Made by a program: the position numbers and the translations under genes
Part shown: piece by piece, positions 30,279 to 39,762 of the stretch
Numbering within the stretch: position 1 is the first letter of the stretch
How the letters are laid out: each line of letters starts with the position of its first letter
The notes under the pieces: model-generated
Told to the model about the DNA's origin: nothing
Databases searched by the model: none
Seen by the model: only the letters and a program-made list of their open reading frames with translations
Assembly: GCA_902798535.1 (NCBI GenBank)
Contig: CADBWU010000001.1
Location: 7,053 to 71,052, forward strand
Reading direction: 5' to 3'
DNA from: an uncultured Pseudomonadota bacterium
GTDB lineage: Bacteria; Pseudomonadota; Alphaproteobacteria; RUG11792
Length of the DNA stretch: 64,000 nt

Positions 30279-31007
30279 TTAAAAATATTTTTTATATGAT
30301 GAAGTTGATGCTATCGTCAAACAAAAAATTTTTGAACATTGGTGATGTTTTAAAATGTTTGCACATTCGTTTAATGTTGCTCCTGTTGTCATAACGTCAT
30401 CAATTAAAATAATTGTTTTTCTTGACAATTCAGTGTTTTTAGAACAAGAAAAAGCATTTTTAACATTATTAAATCTTTCGTCAATATTTTTTCCTTTTTG
30501 ATAATCAGTTTTCTTTGCTCTTTTTAGAATTTTAAATATTGGTAAATTGGAAATTTTGGAAAATTCAATTGCTATAATATCTGCAGGATTAAAACCTCGT
30601 TTTAAAAATCTGCTCCAATGTGAAGGAACTGGAACCAAACAATCAGCTTGCCTGAAAAGATCTTTATATTTCGAAAACATCATTACAGCGCATAAGTGTG
30701 CAACAAAATTATCGGCATGATTTTTAATCTTCATTACAACATTTTTTGAAACGTCATCATATTGAAATAATGCTCTTGCTTTATCAAAATATCTGGGATA
30801 CGTTTGACAAGTATCGCATAAAAAATCATCATTAGAGTTTCCATACGAACTTTCAAGCATTTTTCCACAAATTTTGCAAAAAGGGTAATCAATAAAGGTA
30901 ACCTTTGAGAAACATTTTACGCAAAAAATTGAATCATGGATAATTTCACATCCACACATTAGGCACTTTTTCGGAAATAACCAATTGAAGATGTCATATA
31001 TCAGCAT
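30279..31007 (-). CDS. comF: ComF-family protein (ComFC-like phosphoribosyltransferase-fold competence protein)
   Basis: 242 aa. N-terminal zinc-finger cysteines (CLMCGCEI ... CVKC ... CKICG ... CDTC) and PRTase motif IILIDDVMTTGATLNE. Confidence 0.8.
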   Translation of the reverse strand: MLIYDIFNWLFPKKCLMCGCEIIHDSIFCVKCFSKVTFIDYPFCKICGKMLESSYGNSNDDFLCDTCQTYPRYFDKARALFQYDDVSKNVVMKIKNHADNFVAHLCAVMMFSKYKDLFRQADCLVPVPSHWSRFLKRGFNPADIIAIEFSKISNLPIFKILKRAKKTDYQKGKNIDERFNNVKNAFSCSKNTELSRKTIILIDDVMTTGATLNECANILKHHQCSKIFCLTIASTSSYKKYF

Positions 31008-31081
31008 CGCTAAAATTCATTTCCAGGTGGCAAGAGGATTGTAATAATATTTTATTAAGAAACCTTTAACTTCGAGACCAC

Positions 31082-32701
31082 ATGAAATTTCTGAAAAGTT
31101 TGCTGCTTGTCTATATCGCATTGGTAGGATGTGACAAAATGGTCAAAGGTAAATATACATCCTCAGATTTAGACAGTTCTGTTGTCCGTAAGATGATGGA
31201 TCCTATTGAAGATGAACGAGAAACTCCGTCAAAAAATATTGCTCCGAAACAGCTTTCTGAAATTCCCGATAATTTAAAACAAAATGTTTCATTGGTATTG
31301 AATGAAAATGTATCGGTACGTTCTATCCTTTGTGAGACTGCAAAAAAACTGAATATTAATTTTCAAATGACGCCGCAAATTAAGTCGAAACTTATTTTTA
31401 GAGCGCATGATAAACCGTTTATAGAAATATTGGATGCTATTTGTGACATGGCAAACTTGAGGTATAACATTACTAATGGCGTGGTAAAAGTCGTTGTTGA
31501 TGATCCTTATTCCGAGACGTATGATATACAATTCTTAAATCTTTCACGTGATAGTGAAAATAAAATATCAATAGAAACTGAGGTGGCTACTACTGAAAAG
31601 GATGATAAGAAAAAAAACGTTAATCCTGATAGCAACGTTGTTGTTAAAACAAAAAGCGATTTTTGGAAAGAGCTAGATGACGCTTTGAAAATTATGTTGG
31701 GATGTGATGAAGAAAATAGGTTTAAATATTCAATTAATAAACAGTCTGGAATTGTGAGTGTATTTGCGAGCTCTAAATTTCAGCGTAGCGTTAGAGAATA
31801 TATCGAAAAAGTTAAGAGATCAATAACCAGCCAAGTGTTGATTGAAGCAAAAATTATTGAAGTGACACTGAACAATGAATATAGACGTGGTATTGATTGG
31901 GGAATTGTCGGTTCAAGACTTAGTGTCGCAAGCAAATTTGGGACAAATTCAGCTAATGGAGTTGGTGTTTTAGCAAAAAATGGCATTGTTAGTTTCACAG
32001 CATCTAGACCATTCGGGGTAGACAATAAGAAGGATGATATTAAGGCGGTGTTGCAGCTTCTTGAAGAATTTGGTTCAACAAGGACTATTTCAAATCCAAG
32101 AATTACAGCTATGAATAATCAAGCAGCTGTTTTAAAAGTGGCTCAAAATCATGTATATTTTCGCTTAAATTATGACAAAACATATACATCAACTCAAAAT
32201 AACAATATGGATATTTCTGTTTCAAGTGATATACAAACAGTGCCTATTGGACTAGTTATGTTTGTGCAACCATCGATTGATATGAGCGATAATACGATAA
32301 CACTCTTTCTAAGACCGACTCTCACTCGACTTTCCAGCCAAGTAAGTGATCCAGCCGTTGATATAGCAATGAAAGCAAATGGAAATACTAATGCTAATTA
32401 TGAGCAATCAAAAGTTCCTGTTACGGAGGTAAGAGAAGTTACATCAATTTTAAAATTGCAAGATGGAGAGATAGCTGTTTTAGGAGGGTTTATGGAATCG
32501 CGTTCTTCAAAAAATAAAACAGGACTGCCATGGATTCAGGACAAGCCAATCATTGGTGAAATTACATCGTCTAATGGAATGGGGGATGAGATTGTCGAGC
32601 TTGTTATTTTGATTAAAGTTAAGTTAGCCAATGAGCCAAGACGTCAAAAAGCCGCAGATATAAGACTTCAGCGTTTTGTCATGGATCCAAGACCATTTTA
32701 G
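31082..32701 (+). CDS. Outer-membrane secretin, lipoprotein type (PilQ/MshL/GspD superfamily)
   Basis: 539 aa. Lipobox ALVGCDK, N0/STN-like region (VSVRSILCETAKKLNINF), secretin core NPRITAMNNQAAVLKVAQ ... VLGGFMESRSSKNKTGLPWIQDKPIIGEI ... ELVILIKVKL. Confidence 0.8.
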   Translation: MKFLKSLLLVYIALVGCDKMVKGKYTSSDLDSSVVRKMMDPIEDERETPSKNIAPKQLSEIPDNLKQNVSLVLNENVSVRSILCETAKKLNINFQMTPQIKSKLIFRAHDKPFIEILDAICDMANLRYNITNGVVKVVVDDPYSETYDIQFLNLSRDSENKISIETEVATTEKDDKKKNVNPDSNVVVKTKSDFWKELDDALKIMLGCDEENRFKYSINKQSGIVSVFASSKFQRSVREYIEKVKRSITSQVLIEAKIIEVTLNNEYRRGIDWGIVGSRLSVASKFGTNSANGVGVLAKNGIVSFTASRPFGVDNKKDDIKAVLQLLEEFGSTRTISNPRITAMNNQAAVLKVAQNHVYFRLNYDKTYTSTQNNNMDISVSSDIQTVPIGLVMFVQPSIDMSDNTITLFLRPTLTRLSSQVSDPAVDIAMKANGNTNANYEQSKVPVTEVREVTSILKLQDGEIAVLGGFMESRSSKNKTGLPWIQDKPIIGEITSSNGMGDEIVELVILIKVKLANEPRRQKAADIRLQRFVMDPRPF

Positions 32702-32740
32702 ATGTACAATCTTACAAAATTGTCGTTTTTGGGATTTCTC

Positions 32741-32932
32741 ATGTCTGAATTAACTTTTGAGCAAGCGGTTGTTGAACTTGAGGCTATTATTAAAAAATTA
32801 GAAGATGGAAGAATGCCATTGGAAGATGCGGTCAAAGCATTTGAACGTGGCTCAGAACTAAAAAAAATTTGCGAAAAAAAACTGAAAGATGCCCAGCTAA
32901 AAATTGATATATTATCTGAGAAAAGTGAATAA
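32741..32932 (+). CDS. xseB: Exodeoxyribonuclease VII small subunit
   Basis: MSELTFEQAVVELEAIIKKLEDGRMPLEDAVKAFERGSELKKICEKKL is the canonical XseB helical hairpin. My start is the internal ATG at 32741; the track ORF starts at 32702. Confidence 0.85.
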   Translation: MSELTFEQAVVELEAIIKKLEDGRMPLEDAVKAFERGSELKKICEKKLKDAQLKIDILSEKSE

Positions 32933-33089
32933 ATGTTGTTGTGTCATTTCTGCCTGAATTTGAGAATTAAGCTGGTTATGTTATTTGAAGAGGAATTGTA
33001 TATTTAACAATTTTTTAACAAATTTTTCCAAAATCTTATAAACTAGACTTGGACGATCTCAGATTCTCGCCCAATGTAGGGAAAAGATT

Positions 33090-34469
33090 ATGGCAAATGG
33101 CATTAAAAAAGTAGTTCCAATACCATACAATATAAATTGGCACGAAGGTATGCTGTTGTCACAACATCATTTTCAGCAAAACGACCTTCGGAATTTTCGT
33201 GTGCTAGCTAGTCAACTAAAGTTGCTATCGTCAAATCATTTTGGTGTGAGGCATTTGAGAACAGATGCAGTAGCGCTAAGCGAGGGGGTATACCGGATTC
33301 GTGAAATTGAAGCCGTATTTCCAGATGGATTGATTCTTAGTTATTTTCCGTCAAAAAATAGTTCTGCAATAAAAGGTTCACTAAAACCTCTGGAAATAAA
33401 TCTAAATGCGGTAATGGAACGTGGGCAAAATGAATGTACGATTTATCTTGTAATAGCAGAAAGCTCAGACGATGTTTCACCAATTTTGGGAAGTCCTGCT
33501 AGGTATTATTCCATAGAGGGTGATCTAGTTTCGGATGACAACATCAAGGAAAATGAAATACGAATCCCGCGTTTGTTTCCTAATGCTTTTTTATATGCTG
33601 GCGAAGATATTCCTGAACTTTGTATCGGGTTTCCATTATGCAAGATAATTAGGTTGGATGGAGTTTTTCAGATAAAGAACTGGACGCCGCCTTGTTTTTT
33701 TATAGAGCGTCACTTTCCACTTTGGGAACGATGTGAAAGGCTAGCGATTTCGGTTAGGGAAAAGGCTGTATATTTGGCGGAAAGAATGAGATATTCAGCA
33801 TCTGAAGCCTCTGTTTTTGACAGTAAGAGGATACTTGAACAAATCATAACGATAATGCCGGGATTTGAATCACTGGTATACAGCAATGAGATACGACCAT
33901 ATGAGCTTTATCAAGAATTATCACGGGTTTTAGGCGCAGTTTCGGTGTTAATTCCGACTGATATAATTCCTGTAATGCAACCGTATAATCATAACGATAT
34001 AGACTCCTGTCTTTATCAAGTGATCAATTTGATTGAACATTACTTATCTTCTATAGAGCGTGGATTTGCTATTTCTGCGTTTAAGAAAAAGGAACGTTTT
34101 TTCTATCGCTATATGTCCACTGAAGATATCGAAAGTTATGTGTCAGGCAAACTTTATGTCGGTATTAGAGCAGAGAACGCCTCAGTTTCAGATGTGGAAA
34201 TTTGGATGAACGAAGCGATTATAGTTTCGGATTTTGCATTAGAAAAAGTCAGAAATAAGCGCATTAAAGGATGTCAGCGTAGTATCTTGAGTCAAGATAT
34301 GATAGCAAAAATTTTGCCTGGAATTGGGATCGTGTTATTTGAAATAGAGATAGATAAAGACTTTATTAAAGGTGAAGAAAACTTGCATATTTTTAATCCT
34401 GGCAACAAGACAACTGTACATCCTAGCGAAATGACACTGTATATACCTCGTGGAGGAGGCAATAAATGA
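33090..34469 (+). CDS. tssK: Type VI secretion baseplate/membrane-complex adaptor TssK (ImpJ/VasE family)
   Basis: 459 aa. The N-terminal INWHEGMLLSQHHFQQNDL matches the TssK signature W-x-EGM-x-L-x-x-QHFQQ-x-D. Typical length. ATGA overlap with tssL. Confidence 0.8.
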   Translation: MANGIKKVVPIPYNINWHEGMLLSQHHFQQNDLRNFRVLASQLKLLSSNHFGVRHLRTDAVALSEGVYRIREIEAVFPDGLILSYFPSKNSSAIKGSLKPLEINLNAVMERGQNECTIYLVIAESSDDVSPILGSPARYYSIEGDLVSDDNIKENEIRIPRLFPNAFLYAGEDIPELCIGFPLCKIIRLDGVFQIKNWTPPCFFIERHFPLWERCERLAISVREKAVYLAERMRYSASEASVFDSKRILEQIITIMPGFESLVYSNEIRPYELYQELSRVLGAVSVLIPTDIIPVMQPYNHNDIDSCLYQVINLIEHYLSSIERGFAISAFKKKERFFYRYMSTEDIESYVSGKLYVGIRAENASVSDVEIWMNEAIIVSDFALEKVRNKRIKGCQRSILSQDMIAKILPGIGIVLFEIEIDKDFIKGEENLHIFNPGNKTTVHPSEMTLYIPRGGGNK

Positions 34470-35254
34470 GTTTTCGGGCAAGTGAAAGCGCTTTAGTGCA
34501 TGGTTTCCAAGCTTTTTATTACGAGCTTTTACGACAAAAAGAAAAAGCTCTTAGTATGTTTTTTGCGCCCGTGAAAGATAATAAAGATAATACTGAAAAC
34601 GAGAATAGCGAAGTCGAAGGGTATGTTGTTAGTATTCAGAAAAAATTGATCGCAATCATCGAAAATGTTACTGATACAATACATTCACAGTCACGTATCA
34701 ATCCGAAATTTTTCGCCGATGTAAAGTACGTTATGGCGATCTTGGCAGATGAAATATTTTTGAATTTGCAATGGGAAGGTGCGAGGTTTTGGAGATATTC
34801 TTTGCTCGAAAAGCAATTATTCCAAACGGAAATCGCTGGAGATAAATTCTTTTTAATGCTTGATGAGATCGTCACTGATTTTGATAATGAAGAAATGGCG
34901 TTTTTGTATTTAATGGCACTCAGCCTTGGATTCAAAGGACGATATCGTGATATTGAAAATTCAGACAAGCATATCGGATGGTATAAAGATCGTCTATATT
35001 CGATGTTGAATATCAAATCAGCCAGGCTATATTTTCCAGGACGTTCGCATATGATTGAATCTTGTTACGATTATACTTATATCGAAAATGATAATTCGCA
35101 GTTACCGGATTATAAGTTTTGGACATATTGTGTTTTATGGGTAATTTTTGCATACATCATTATTTCATACTTTGTGTGGGCGGATATTACTGACGATATC
35201 GGTGAAATCTTGACTAAAATAGCGGAACAGACGCGACAAGGAGCCTTGATATGA
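34466..35254 (+). CDS. tssL: Type VI secretion membrane protein TssL (DotU/ImpK family)
   Basis: 262 aa. DotU core FLYLMALSLGFKGRYRD, a single C-terminal TM FWTYCVLWVIFAYIIISYFVW, no OmpA/PG-binding extension. Start and stop overlap both neighbours (ATGA). Confidence 0.8.
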   Translation: MSFRASESALVHGFQAFYYELLRQKEKALSMFFAPVKDNKDNTENENSEVEGYVVSIQKKLIAIIENVTDTIHSQSRINPKFFADVKYVMAILADEIFLNLQWEGARFWRYSLLEKQLFQTEIAGDKFFLMLDEIVTDFDNEEMAFLYLMALSLGFKGRYRDIENSDKHIGWYKDRLYSMLNIKSARLYFPGRSHMIESCYDYTYIENDNSQLPDYKFWTYCVLWVIFAYIIISYFVWADITDDIGEILTKIAEQTRQGALI

Positions 35255-38200
35255 CCGTGTTTTTAGCGAATATTTTTGAATATGTGACAAATAGTCTTAG
35301 AGAGGGTGGATTTTCGCTTCCTGTAATCATTGCTTTAGTTTTATCTGTGGCATTTATCGCAATGTTGCTGGTGACTATTTTTACGTTGCTTTCTATAAAG
35401 CGAGCAGAAATGAAGGCGCGGAAAGTTATTGATATTCCACCATCGGCTATGAAAGATGAATCCAAAATTGAAATTCCTGAAAATGTGAATAATTCAAAAC
35501 CGTTACCAATTGGCGAATGGCTGAATAGTTATCTAATTTCTAAAGGCTATATCAGGGTTAATAGTATCGTTAAATCATTCTTTAAAGCGCTTGACTTTTT
35601 AAAAACTTCCCTGGGGGGTGGATATAAATATAAGTTGCCGTGGTATATGATAATCGGTACCGAGAATTCCGGTAAATCTTCACTTATGAGCGGTTTTACT
35701 CACGACGAAATATACGACGATGAAAGCGAGGAGGCACCATGCACCTGGTGGTTTTTGAAAAATGGTGTTGTACTTGATATAAAAGGCTCAATGTTTCTTC
35801 CAAAATCTGGATTTAATGCTGATGAAGATAGCTGGAATATCGTATTAAATATGCTTTCCAGGTATCGTCCATCTCGTCCCTTAAACGGCATAGTCTTGAC
35901 TATTCCGGCAGATGAGCTTTATGGAAAAACAAAATTGCCAATAGAAGAAATAAAGAAGAGAGCACAGTATGTTGCAAGAAAATTAAACTTTGCGCAGAAC
36001 TATTTAGGAATGCGGTTGCCGGTTTATATTGTTGTAACCAAAACAGATATTGTTCCTGGATTTCAGAGTTTTTGCTCAGAACTTCCGGTGCGGAATCGTG
36101 GCAATATGCTTGGTTGGTCGTCTCCGTATTCTGTTGATATTCCGTATTCTCCACGAATGCTTGATGAGGGATTTGCTTCATTTGAAAATGAACTGAATGA
36201 AATAAGGATGGAAATATTTTCTGGCAACTCTGTTTCGTTAACACGAGATGGCATATTTGTTTTTCCTAGCGAATTGTTAACGATAAAAGAGGCGTTGAGT
36301 TTATACATTGATGCAATATTTAAATCATCATCTGTGGATGAGAGATTTTTTTTTAGAGGGTTTTATTTTACTGGCGATAGCAAAATGATGCCACTGCTGT
36401 CGTTTGATGGAAGTTTAGTGCAGAACGATGCAATGGCGATAGTAGGCACTCCGGATGCAGATATCAATGAAGTCGGAAGTGTTTCTGCGTCGTACAACGA
36501 AGAAACAGTGAAAAAGATTTTCTTTTTTGAAGATTTGTTGCTTAAGAAAATATTTGCTGAAGAGGGAGTAGCTTCGCCTATGAAGACGAAAGTTAATCAA
36601 GCTAACAAATCGATTTTAATAGCAAAAATTTCGACAGCTACCTTTGTCGTTATTGGTAGTTATGGTTTATTCAGCACTAGCGATAAACTAAAGGAGAGCC
36701 AACAGATAATATATCCATCTTTATACAAAATTTCCTCATTGATAAAAAATGCGAGTGATTTAACGTATAAGAACCTTGAGTTAAACGGTAACGAAATATT
36801 GGCTGACTGTTCAAGTCAGTTGCTTTCTATGATGCAACAGATAAATAGCGCAAAATTTTCGTCGATATTTGTGCCAGCTTCTTGGTTTAGTTCAATACAT
36901 AATGACTTGACACAAACGTTGAAATCATCGTATCAACGCGTGGTAGTTCGGACAATTTATATGAATTTAATGCTAAAAGCGCGAGAATTGTTGACGATGC
37001 GAGCAGATGCCAAATCGAAGAGCATAGCAGAAGTACTAAATCCACAAAATAGCGCAGAGTATGTTCAGATGAAAAATTATGTTTTTGGGTTAATTGAGCT
37101 TGAAAAGAACATAAAAAAATTCGACTCGCTGCGAACTTCTGGTGATCCGAAAGATTTAAATGATTTAATTGAATATACATTCAAAGGCTCATTGCCACGA
37201 GAGTTTTTGGACAATTATCAACAATTTAGACTAATACTTATGAATACGCCATTTCCAGCAATAAATTTATCTCCATATAAACAAACGGCATACAATGTTT
37301 TGATGAATTTATTTCAGGGGTATCTGGATGCAGTATTTACAACGCGTTCTGAAAGCAGCATTATCTCCTTTTTGAACAAATTCATACTACAATTATCAAG
37401 GCAAAATCTGAAAGAAAAACCAAATTGTAAGGATTTTATAAAGTTTTCTAAAGATTTGACAACGGTGTGTAATGAAATCGGTAAAGAAGGTGAAACTTGG
37501 CTGGACAAAGATATATTCGAGCCTGACAAAGAATTTGATGCTTTCTTGGATGGCATAGAAACGTTATTTGGGAAAGAAGAAGCGCAAAAAATTTTGGATA
37601 TAGTTGCCGTAAATTTTGGATATTTGCGGGCAAAGCTTAACGAATTTAATAATGCGCTAAAAAATGACATACCTGGGAAGAAATTGCAAAACAACGTGGA
37701 AAATGATGCTCCGTCCAGTGGTATATTTTTGATGGAGCGTTGCTTGTCTTCGCTTTGCGCAGAGCCCTTTATGGAGGCTCCTGGAGATTATCAGCTTATA
37801 ACGGACATACCTGCCGGAAAGATGATTTTTTGGGATGATGAACTTGTCAAATATGCATATGAGATCGGCAAAAGCTTTGAGCAATTTACTGCAACTAAAA
37901 TCAAGGACTTTCCACGCAAAATGCAGGAAGGAGTGCTTTTGTTGGCGCGTTCAAATTTATGCGCTGTAATTGCCAGCACTGTTGCTAAGGCGCAAAGTTT
38001 GGTTGACGAACCAAGTGGAATAACTTCTGAAATAACATCTGAAGAAATTTTGCAAAAACAAGTAAGCGAATTAAAAGGAGTGGTACCAAAGCTCGTAAGT
38101 TTGTTGAATATTCTGCGTGGTGATAAATTCAGTTTTGTGTTTGGAAATTTGCGAGCTATTTTAAATAAAATTGGTTTTTCTCTTTTGGGGCACATTGATA

Positions 38201-39762
38201 AATTGCTAGAAAATCAAAAGCCCTATTATCCAAATAATATGAAATTCGATTTTTGGAATGGTGAGCCTGGGGCCGGACTGCAAGCTTATTCATCAACTGA
38301 TGCTGAAGAATTGGATTTATATTTGCAACTGCAACGTAGCATTATAACGAGATTGGCATTGGACTTTGCTGATACCATAGTTGAGTTTTTGAATGCAGAT
38401 GCCGTATATGACCATAACTACGGCTCGCATGCACAATTAACAAAGTGGACTAGGATTGTTGAGAATGTAAAAAAAGTCGCTAAAAAAGATCCGACAAGCA
38501 CAGTTGCTATGGCTGAAAATTTTATAAGGACTACGTTTAATAGCTACGACTTGGATACGATAACAAAAAAGGTAAAACAAAAAGATATATATGGCACTTC
38601 AGGGGATTACTTTCAAAATATTGTGCAAAGCATTAAAAGGGGACTCATGTCTCGTGCAGAAGTGCTTTTACGGCAGAGGAATATAGAAAGGTATAATACT
38701 CTTAGAGATTATTATATGAAGCATTTAGAAAATAAGTATCCATTTGAAAATTATGGAAAATCACAGCGAATGGCCACGGATGCCGATCTCGATGCGGTTC
38801 GAGAATTTTTCAAAATGTATGATGCATTTGGTGGTTCGCCTGAGGCAATTTTAGATCAAATATATCAACTTGGAGATGACGCTAAGGAAGTCTATGAGTT
38901 TATGCAAAAATTGCATACTATAAGGGCATTTTTGGGCGATTCATTATCTGATCCGAACGGAGCTATAAAAATAAGACTTGAGGCAAATTTCGAAATAAAT
39001 AAACGAGAAGAAAAAAATACAGATTATTTGGTAGACCGTGTGTTTAGCCCGAATAACGATGCAAACATTGAGCCCATAAGTTCCGATAAGTCAGGGATTT
39101 GGTATTTTGGGGATTCAATAGAGCTCAGTTTACGTTGGGCTGAAGGAGACGAACAAGCAGATAGACCTGTGTATGATCAAAATGATCCAGATTTGATTTT
39201 GGACGAAAAAAAAATACGAATACAATGCGTTGGAAATTGGGCGGCGATTAGGTTTTTGCAGAAATATAAATCAGAAACAATAAACAGTGATCAGTTGCTA
39301 CCAAATCAAACCGTGCTAAGTTTTAGAGTGCCGCTTAATTCTGGGAAAATAGCCAAAATATATTTGGGGATAACGCCATCTTTGCCTAAGAGGCCGGGTG
39401 ATCCATCGGTGATCAGTGTATCAGTGCCTCAAATACCGGGCAAGATGCCCGAGATGCCGTGGGCTGTAAAATCTGTTATGGATGTTCCTGTGCTAGTAAA
39501 TAAATTACCGATAACGAAGTTACAAGGCGTTGAAAATGATAGTATTGCGCCAAGGCAAAAATTTGTTCGGGATACTGAAGTTAACGCAGCGAGAGCAAGT
39601 GAGACGAAACAGCTTAAAGGAATTCGAACAGATTCAGCATTAAAAAATGCGCCAAAGCAAGAAGATTATCGGGAAAAAGCAGTACAAATACTGAATTCTC
39701 AAGATGACGCTGCCATAGATGAAGAACCACTGATTGAAATGAGCGAAGAACCGATAGAATAA
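35251..39762 (+). CDS. tssM: Type VI secretion membrane protein TssM (IcmF family), unusually long
   Basis: 1503 aa. N-terminal TM hairpin, NTPase region LPWYMIIGTENSGKSSL / VVLDIKGS / PLNGIVLTIP / PVYIVVTKTDIVPGF, third TM (ILIAKISTATFVVIGSYGLF), large periplasmic part, IcmF_C-like GNWAAIRFLQKY, then a charged tail. Confidence 0.85.
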   Translation: MTVFLANIFEYVTNSLREGGFSLPVIIALVLSVAFIAMLLVTIFTLLSIKRAEMKARKVIDIPPSAMKDESKIEIPENVNNSKPLPIGEWLNSYLISKGYIRVNSIVKSFFKALDFLKTSLGGGYKYKLPWYMIIGTENSGKSSLMSGFTHDEIYDDESEEAPCTWWFLKNGVVLDIKGSMFLPKSGFNADEDSWNIVLNMLSRYRPSRPLNGIVLTIPADELYGKTKLPIEEIKKRAQYVARKLNFAQNYLGMRLPVYIVVTKTDIVPGFQSFCSELPVRNRGNMLGWSSPYSVDIPYSPRMLDEGFASFENELNEIRMEIFSGNSVSLTRDGIFVFPSELLTIKEALSLYIDAIFKSSSVDERFFFRGFYFTGDSKMMPLLSFDGSLVQNDAMAIVGTPDADINEVGSVSASYNEETVKKIFFFEDLLLKKIFAEEGVASPMKTKVNQANKSILIAKISTATFVVIGSYGLFSTSDKLKESQQIIYPSLYKISSLIKNASDLTYKNLELNGNEILADCSSQLLSMMQQINSAKFSSIFVPASWFSSIHNDLTQTLKSSYQRVVVRTIYMNLMLKARELLTMRADAKSKSIAEVLNPQNSAEYVQMKNYVFGLIELEKNIKKFDSLRTSGDPKDLNDLIEYTFKGSLPREFLDNYQQFRLILMNTPFPAINLSPYKQTAYNVLMNLFQGYLDAVFTTRSESSIISFLNKFILQLSRQNLKEKPNCKDFIKFSKDLTTVCNEIGKEGETWLDKDIFEPDKEFDAFLDGIETLFGKEEAQKILDIVAVNFGYLRAKLNEFNNALKNDIPGKKLQNNVENDAPSSGIFLMERCLSSLCAEPFMEAPGDYQLITDIPAGKMIFWDDELVKYAYEIGKSFEQFTATKIKDFPRKMQEGVLLLARSNLCAVIASTVAKAQSLVDEPSGITSEITSEEILQKQVSELKGVVPKLVSLLNILRGDKFSFVFGNLRAILNKIGFSLLGHIDKLLENQKPYYPNNMKFDFWNGEPGAGLQAYSSTDAEELDLYLQLQRSIITRLALDFADTIVEFLNADAVYDHNYGSHAQLTKWTRIVENVKKVAKKDPTSTVAMAENFIRTTFNSYDLDTITKKVKQKDIYGTSGDYFQNIVQSIKRGLMSRAEVLLRQRNIERYNTLRDYYMKHLENKYPFENYGKSQRMATDADLDAVREFFKMYDAFGGSPEAILDQIYQLGDDAKEVYEFMQKLHTIRAFLGDSLSDPNGAIKIRLEANFEINKREEKNTDYLVDRVFSPNNDANIEPISSDKSGIWYFGDSIELSLRWAEGDEQADRPVYDQNDPDLILDEKKIRIQCVGNWAAIRFLQKYKSETINSDQLLPNQTVLSFRVPLNSGKIAKIYLGITPSLPKRPGDPSVISVSVPQIPGKMPEMPWAVKSVMDVPVLVNKLPITKLQGVENDSIAPRQKFVRDTEVNAARASETKQLKGIRTDSALKNAPKQEDYREKAVQILNSQDDAAIDEEPLIEMSEEPIE

